Source of the DNA: an uncultured virus (IMG/VR IMGVR_UViG_3300011339_000567)
Taxonomy: Duplodnaviria > Heunggongvirae > Uroviricota > Caudoviricetes
Direction: 5' to 3' (one strand)
Virus record (IMG/VR): IMGVR_UViG_3300011339_000567
DNA: 20,000 nt
Every line of letters starts with the position of its first letter. The first letter of the stretch is position 1. Under the pieces are notes generated by a model, which worked only from the letters and a program-made list of their open reading frames with translations, had not been told where the DNA came from and made no database searches. Both the position numbers and the translations under genes were made by a program. Below, piece by piece: positions 14,774-20,000 of this stretch.

Positions 14774-16336
14774 ATGGAAATCATCGAGAACAAGGCGCTG
14801 CTCTTGCGTACGCGCAGCCCTGAGAAGTATCAGGTAATTCCGAGAAGTAAGATAGTTGAAGAGCACGATGACGGATCAAGTTCTGTAGCAGTGTTCTGGG
14901 GGTTGGATGAAGTCAGAGTTCTCAAGAACCTCGGCGTCAAGAACTTGCCATCGCCGATCACACGCAACTACGACTGGCCCGGACGCTACACGCCGATGGA
15001 GCACCAGATCGAGACGGCATCGTTCCTGACGCTTAACCGCAAGGCGTTTGTGTTCAGTGAACCCGGCACAGGCAAGACGCTCAGTGCGCTGTGGGCTGCT
15101 GACTATCTGATGCAGCGTGGGGAGATCAGGCGCGTGCTTATCCTGTGCCCGTTGTCGATCATGCAGTCCGCTTGGATGGGGGACATCAGCAACAGCGTCA
15201 TCCACCGCTCGGCCATCATTGCCCACCACCCGCAAGCATCGCGCCGCATCGAGATGATCCAGAAGAACTACGATATCGTCATCACCAACTACGAGGGCTT
15301 GAATCTGATCGCCAGTGAGATCGTGGCCAACGGCAAGTTTGATCTGGTCATCGTTGATGAGGCCAATGCGTACAAGACCATGAGCACCAAGCGCTGGAAG
15401 TCCCTATCAACAATCATCAAGCCCCAAACTTTTTTGTGGATGATGACAGGCACGCCAGCGTCTCAGTCTCCGGTCGATGCGTATGGCTTGGCCAAGCTGG
15501 TGAACCCGGACGGCGTGCCAAAGTTTTTTACCGCATGGCGCGACAAAGTGATGAACAAGATCACCATGTTCAAGTGGGCACCGAAGCCTGACGCAAAGAA
15601 CCTCGTGCATGAAGCGCTGCAACCGGCCATCAGGTTCACCAAGGCGCAGTGTCTGGACTTGCCGCCGGTCGTTACAGTAACGCGTGAAGTGGCGCTCACA
15701 CCGCAGCAGGCCAAGTACTACAACTTGCTCAAGGACAGCATGATGATCCATGCGGCGGGGGAGACAATCAGCGCGGTCAATGCCGCAGCTAGCGTGTCCA
15801 AGCTGCTCCAGATCAGTTGTGGTGCGGCCTACACGGACGACCATGAGGTAGTAGAGTTTGATGCCAGCCCAAGGCTTAGCGTCATTGAAGAAATCCTTGA
15901 GGAGACTGACCGCAAGGTTCTGATCTTCGCGCTGTTCCGCTCCAGCATTGACGCGCTGCACACGCACCTGCTCAAGAAGGGCATCAGCGCGGAGTGCATA
16001 CACGGCGGCGTTACAGCGCCCAAGCGTGCTGACATCATCAAGCGCTTTCAAACCGAAGCCAACCCACGAGTCCTTGTGATGCAACCGCAAGCATCGGCAC
16101 ACGGGATTACCCTAACTGCTGCGGACACTGTGGTGTTCTACGGGCCGTTGATGTCTGTTGAGCAGTACGTGCAGTGCATTGCACGCGCTGACAGGAAGGG
16201 TCAGAACTCTGACAAGGTAACGGTCATTCACATCGAGGGTAGCCCCATCGAGAAGAAAATGTTCAAAGCCCTGCAAAGTAATGTAAGCAGTCACTCACTT
16301 TTGACTGAAATGTTCAACATGGAAATTAAAAAATAA
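14774..16336 (+). CDS. SNF2-family DNA helicase/ATPase
   Basis: EPGTGKT, ILCPLS, IVDEAN, MTGTP, HGITLTAA, ARADRKGQ. Confidence 0.93.
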   Translation: MEIIENKALLLRTRSPEKYQVIPRSKIVEEHDDGSSSVAVFWGLDEVRVLKNLGVKNLPSPITRNYDWPGRYTPMEHQIETASFLTLNRKAFVFSEPGTGKTLSALWAADYLMQRGEIRRVLILCPLSIMQSAWMGDISNSVIHRSAIIAHHPQASRRIEMIQKNYDIVITNYEGLNLIASEIVANGKFDLVIVDEANAYKTMSTKRWKSLSTIIKPQTFLWMMTGTPASQSPVDAYGLAKLVNPDGVPKFFTAWRDKVMNKITMFKWAPKPDAKNLVHEALQPAIRFTKAQCLDLPPVVTVTREVALTPQQAKYYNLLKDSMMIHAAGETISAVNAAASVSKLLQISCGAAYTDDHEVVEFDASPRLSVIEEILEETDRKVLIFALFRSSIDALHTHLLKKGISAECIHGGVTAPKRADIIKRFQTEANPRVLVMQPQASAHGITLTAADTVVFYGPLMSVEQYVQCIARADRKGQNSDKVTVIHIEGSPIEKKMFKALQSNVSSHSLLTEMFNMEIKK

Positions 16337-16341
16337 AGGAG

Positions 16342-16384
16342 TTGCAAAGACCAGAAACCTGTGTACACTGTCCAACCTTAGACA
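16342..16384 (+). promoter_or_regulatory. Possible sigma70 promoter TTGCAA-16-TACACT overlapped by the dyad TGTCCA-ACCT-TAGACA
   Basis: -35 at 16342-16347; -10 at 16364-16369; dyad at 16369-16384; intergenic. Confidence 0.5.
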
Positions 16385-16404
16385 AACAAAAACAGGAGAA
16401 GCCC

Positions 16405-16809
16405 ATGACTACAACAGTCATACCACTCGACAAGTTAGCGAAGGTCTACCGAAAGATTCGCAGCGAAATCGAAACCCTGACCAGAGAGTACGACACGAAA
16501 GTGGAGTTGCTCAAGGCCACGCAAGACGACATCAAGCATGCAATGAAAGACCAGATGCAAGCGCTTGGTGTCACATCCGTCAACACGCCGCAAGGCACTG
16601 TTGTCATGTCGATCAAGACACGCTACTCAACATCGGACTGGGATTCGTTCAAGACCTTTGTGACGCAGCATGACGCGCTCGACCTGTTCGAGAAACGAAT
16701 TGCTCAGACCAACATGAAACAGTTCCTCGAAGAAAACCCCGGCGTTCTGCCACCCGGACTCAACTCCAACGCAGAATACGACATCAGTGTAAGAAAGCCG
16801 TCCAAATGA
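16405..16809 (+). CDS. Phage replication-module protein, 134 aa (coiled coil plus DW..F...PPG; Gam/gp157-like architecture)
   Basis: AGGAG before ATG 16405; start moved from the track's 16342. Confidence 0.8.
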   Translation: MTTTVIPLDKLAKVYRKIRSEIETLTREYDTKVELLKATQDDIKHAMKDQMQALGVTSVNTPQGTVVMSIKTRYSTSDWDSFKTFVTQHDALDLFEKRIAQTNMKQFLEENPGVLPPGLNSNAEYDISVRKPSK

Positions 16810-17372
16810 CCTACGCACCTGCGCAAACAAAAACTGTTCCGCTTGACTGGATTGACTCACGTTGTGTGGTCACTGATCTGGGCACTGTCTACAGCTACGC
16901 CAACAGTCACGGGGGTTGGAAACAACACGGCCCTCGGCTACTCAAGACACAAGTTACAAACAGCGGTTATGCACAGGTGCGTCTTCCCGTCAATGGAAAA
17001 TACAAGTGGGTGTTAGTGTCGCGGTTAGTCTTGCGTGCTTTTACGGGCATACAGGGAGAGCAGTGCAACCATAAAAACGGCATCCGTCTTGACAACAGAT
17101 TAGAAAACCTTGAGTGGTGCTCTATGTCTGAGAACATGCTGCACTCGTACCGAGTACTTGGCCGAAAGCACCCGCGACCCCACCAAGGGAAGCAAGGCGC
17201 ACTATGCAAATTAAGTAAACGAGTGTCGCAGTACCGACTGGATGGCAGCTACGTAAAGACGTGGAATGCCATACAGGAAATCGCCCGCGCTGGGTTTAGC
17301 GCAGGTAACGTGAGCGCTGTGTGCCGAGGCGTTCGTAGCAGTCACAAGAACTTCCTCTGGAAGTTTGTTTAA
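16806..17372 (+). CDS. NUMOD4-HNH-NUMOD1 type homing endonuclease
   Basis: VTDLGTVYS, GYAQVRL, RLVLRAF, CNHKNGIRLDNRLENLEWCSMSENMLH, VSQYRLDG. Confidence 0.9.
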   Translation: MTYAPAQTKTVPLDWIDSRCVVTDLGTVYSYANSHGGWKQHGPRLLKTQVTNSGYAQVRLPVNGKYKWVLVSRLVLRAFTGIQGEQCNHKNGIRLDNRLENLEWCSMSENMLHSYRVLGRKHPRPHQGKQGALCKLSKRVSQYRLDGSYVKTWNAIQEIARAGFSAGNVSAVCRGVRSSHKNFLWKFV

Positions 17373-17391
17373 CCAAGTAAGAAAGAAGACC

Positions 17392-18369
17392 ATGAGTAAC
17401 GTAGCCCTTTTTAACCCCGCCCAAGTACCCGCCTTCGCACGCAAGGCCGAGATGTCTGACATTGCCAAAGCCCTTGCGGGTGGTGGTGCTGCCAGTGGCA
17501 AACGCGTGTCGATCAAAGGTGGCGTGTTCCGTCTGATCTCTGACGGCAAAGAAATCGCAGCAGTCGATGAGCGCTTCCTCGATGTGGTGATCGTTAAGGC
17601 CGCACCGAAAGTAGCCCGTGTGTTCTACGCAGCCAAGTACGACAAGGACGCAACCGCAACCGCGCCTGACTGCCAGTCCAACGATGGCGACACGCCAGAC
17701 CCCAAGAGCAAGAACAAGCAGTCCGACACCTGCGCCTCCTGCCCACAGAACGTAGCCGGTTCCGGTACTGGCAATACCCGCGCTTGCCGTTACCAGCAGC
17801 GCTTGGCAGTCGTCTTGGCCAACAACATTGAAGGCGATGTGATGCAGTTGTCCCTGCCAGCCACCTCGATCTTCGGTAAGGACGAAGGCGACAACCGCCC
17901 ACTGCAAGCCTACGCACGCTGGCTCGTGGCCCAAGGCGTTGACCCCAGCACGGTAGTGACCCGCATGAAGTTCGACACCGCCAGTGAGTCCCCCAAGCTG
18001 TTCTTTAAGGCAATGCGCTGGTTGACTGATGACGAGTTCGCTGAAGCCACCAAGCAGGGCGCAACCTCCGAAGCCAAGAAGGCCATCACGATGGACGCCG
18101 CTGGTATGGACATGGGCAAGCCTACTGACGCACTCAAGGGTGCCGCACCCAAGGCCAAGGCCGCACCCGCGCCAGAAGCCGAGGAAGAAGACGAAGCTCC
18201 CGCACCAGCCCCCAAGCCTAAAGCCAAGGCCAAAGGAGCGCCCCCTCCCGAGCAAGAAGCCGAAGATGACGAAGAGCCAGTCGTGAAGAAGGCAGCAGCG
18301 GCAAAGCCCACGGCTGTGCCCGGCAAGAAAGCGCTGGCCGATGTCGTTGCCGACTGGGATGACGAGTAA
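17392..18369 (+). CDS. Putative ssDNA-binding/annealing protein, 325 aa
   Basis: C...CASC...C motif, Pro/Ala/Lys/Glu linker and acidic aromatic tail ADWDDE; position in the replication module; function inferred. Confidence 0.7.
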   Translation: MSNVALFNPAQVPAFARKAEMSDIAKALAGGGAASGKRVSIKGGVFRLISDGKEIAAVDERFLDVVIVKAAPKVARVFYAAKYDKDATATAPDCQSNDGDTPDPKSKNKQSDTCASCPQNVAGSGTGNTRACRYQQRLAVVLANNIEGDVMQLSLPATSIFGKDEGDNRPLQAYARWLVAQGVDPSTVVTRMKFDTASESPKLFFKAMRWLTDDEFAEATKQGATSEAKKAITMDAAGMDMGKPTDALKGAAPKAKAAPAPEAEEEDEAPAPAPKPKAKAKGAPPPEQEAEDDEEPVVKKAAAAKPTAVPGKKALADVVADWDDE

Positions 18370-18377
18370 TTAGTTTC

Positions 18378-18470
18378 GGGGGGAAAGCGGATGCTGTAGT
18401 TGAAGTCGCCTCGACTAGTACGCATGTCGTGCCGCCAAAGCTAGTCCGCTACAGTGCAGCGAGTACCCCC
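18378..18470 (+). ncRNA. Candidate structured RNA with loop-E (AGUA/GAA) internal loop
   Basis: Nested pairings GGGGG/CCCCC, GC/GC, TGC/GCA, TGTAG/CTACA and GACTAG/CTAGTC fill the intergenic gap. Confidence 0.6.
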
Positions 18471-18485
18471 ACCTTTAAGACCACT

Positions 18486-18764
18486 ATGGCTTACTCACAA
18501 AAAACAATCGACATGGTTATGCGTGCGCCGAAGACTCCGGGCAATCAGCTCGGACGTTGGGCTGTTCACCACGACTTCTCTGTCGTTCGCATCTCCAAGG
18601 CGCTGGGCGTTACACGCCAGACCGCATACAACTGGTTCGCAGGTGGAGACATCTTCCCTGCGTACGAGCACCGCGTAGAAACGCTGCTCAAGTTCCTTCA
18701 AAATTCACGCTCTGCCGATGAGGCATGGAAAAAAATATGTCATCACTACAACCTTCAAGCCTGA
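18486..18764 (+). CDS. Cro/XRE-like helix-turn-helix regulator, 92 aa
   Basis: SVVRISKALGVTRQTAYNWFAG HTH; ATG 18486 preferred over GTG 18429. Confidence 0.85.
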   Translation: MAYSQKTIDMVMRAPKTPGNQLGRWAVHHDFSVVRISKALGVTRQTAYNWFAGGDIFPAYEHRVETLLKFLQNSRSADEAWKKICHHYNLQA

Positions 18765-18919
18765 GCAACCGCGAGTTGATCTTGCACTGCGACAACATCT
18801 GGACAGCAGAGGGCTTCCCGCTCGACATTCAGTTTGAGTTGTATGCCCGTTTTTGCCGCCTCGCCGTTATCAACGAATACCCCGTCCGCGACGAAAAGCA
18901 ACTCGACCTGTTCGCGTAA
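18737..18919 (+). CDS. 60-aa protein ending in QLDLFA (beta-clamp-binding-like motif)
   Basis: ORF between the HTH gene and the primase; start at 18737 or 18725. Confidence 0.72.
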   Translation: MSSLQPSSLSNRELILHCDNIWTAEGFPLDIQFELYARFCRLAVINEYPVRDEKQLDLFA

Positions 18920-18934
18920 ACCCCAAGGACTTTA

Positions 18935-20000
18935 ATGAACCCGCTTGAATTCCTTGCGGTGGTTTTGCCGTCCCCAGATAACGGGTTGTACTGCGCGGCG
19001 GGACTGAGCACAAAAAAGAAAGAGCATCGGTATGTCGAGAATCTGGAAGACATTTACCCTGCCGTAGACAACTGGGTCGAGGCACAGCAGGACGTTTACT
19101 TCGCGCTGGCTACGTTCGAGACATCGGGCAAGCGCACTGCGGAGAACTCCCGCTTCATCAGGTCACTGTTCATCGACATGGACGGCTACGCTTCCAAGAA
19201 GCAAGCTGCACTGGCGCTTGGTGCGTTCCTTGCCGACACTGGCTTGGATGCGCTGGGTGCTCCGTGGATTGTGTTCTCTGGCGGTGGCCTGCACTGCTAC
19301 TGGCCGTTTACTGAAGACATCGATGTGGCTGTGTGGAAGCCCACTGCCGAGAACTTGAAGCGCCTGTGCAAGCAGCAAAAGCTCAACATCGACATGACTG
19401 TGACAGCAGACGCTGCACGGGTGCTGCGCATCCCCAACACGTTCAACTTCAAGAAGAACAAAGAGGACGGCTCGTGGAAGTACGGAGAGCCTAAGCAGGT
19501 CAAGCTGCTGACCGAGGGCGACCGCTTTAACTTCGACACCATCAGCCAAGCCATTGCCGCCAAGCTAACTACGACGGCTCCAGCAGCGGCAACGTCTGCG
19601 TTGAGCCTGCCGGGGAAGCGCCCAGATGCAGCGCCAGCAGTCCCTGCCACGATGGCCGGAGCCAAGTTGTTTGAGAACAGCACGACCAAGTTCGGCACGA
19701 TCTTCCTGAAGACCAAGAACGGCACCGGCTGCGCTCAGCTTAAGCACTTCGTAGAGAACGCCGAAGAGGACGGCATGGAGCCCTTATGGCGTGGCTGGCT
19801 GAGCATTGCCCAGAAGTGTTCGGACGGCGAGCGTGCAGCGGCGTGGCTCAGTGGGCTGCATCCCTATGACGAGCAGCGCATGCGTGAGAAGCAGGCGCAG
19901 ATCAAGGGGCCGTACCCGTGCGTGAAGTTTGAGAGCGAGAACCCGGGCGGCTGTGACGGGTGTCAACACTTCGGCAAGATCACCAACCCGCTTGCGCTTG
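18935..20000 (+). CDS. AEP-superfamily (RepB-like) primase, truncated at the window end
   Basis: Own translation MNPLEFLAVVLP...; motifs FIDMD, SGGGLHCYW, DAARVLRIP; Cys cluster PC...GCDGC; AAGGA RBS; no stop before 20000. Confidence 0.9.
   Translation, partial: MNPLEFLAVVLPSPDNGLYCAAGLSTKKKEHRYVENLEDIYPAVDNWVEAQQDVYFALATFETSGKRTAENSRFIRSLFIDMDGYASKKQAALALGAFLADTGLDALGAPWIVFSGGGLHCYWPFTEDIDVAVWKPTAENLKRLCKQQKLNIDMTVTADAARVLRIPNTFNFKKNKEDGSWKYGEPKQVKLLTEGDRFNFDTISQAIAAKLTTTAPAAATSALSLPGKRPDAAPAVPATMAGAKLFENSTTKFGTIFLKTKNGTGCAQLKHFVENAEEDGMEPLWRGWLSIAQKCSDGERAAAWLSGLHPYDEQRMREKQAQIKGPYPCVKFESENPGGCDGCQHFGKITNPLAL

Noticed and set aside
17296..18425. Long minus-strand ORFs (319 and 171 aa), and similar ones opposite polA and the helicase
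   Set aside because: Antisense shadows of GC3-rich genes with recognisable + strand products
18370..18485. tRNA or hammerhead ribozyme
   Set aside because: No cloverleaf or TTC T-loop, and no CTGATGA core; kept only as an unclassified structured RNA candidate
18429..18485. N-terminal extension of the HTH gene from GTG 18429
   Set aside because: No RBS, and it runs through the predicted RNA structure; ATG 18486 gives a typical HTH length

Overview
This window is a segment of a dsDNA tailed-phage (or prophage) genome, and every credible gene lies on the + strand. 1-500: end of a small ORF, then a repeat-rich, AT-cored, highly self-complementary non-coding region (candidate origin or structured element). 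500-5100: probable early genes, including an Ala-repeat protein, a 485-aa protein with acidic/Cys repeats and an M20/M28-type zinc peptidase. 5100-10670: a dense array of about 27 small, mostly ATGA-coupled ORFs that share terminal sequence modules. 10670-20000: replication module with VRR-NUC, family A DNA polymerase (Leu762 type), HExxH protein, Cas4-like PD-(D/E)XK nuclease, HNH, SNF2 helicase, NUMOD4-HNH homing endonuclease, SSB-like protein, HTH regulator and a truncated AEP primase. The most notable unexplained signals are: (1) three intergenic hairpins with different, covarying stems but one conserved TG-CYGTCT-CA cap, each just before an RBS; (2) a cassette-like small-gene array joined by repeated 17-29 bp tail/RBS/start junctions; (3) a structured RNA candidate with an AGUA/GAA loop-E motif before the HTH gene; (4) two ORFs ending in beta-clamp-binding motifs. 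All protein calls come from motif recognition by eye; no searches were run.
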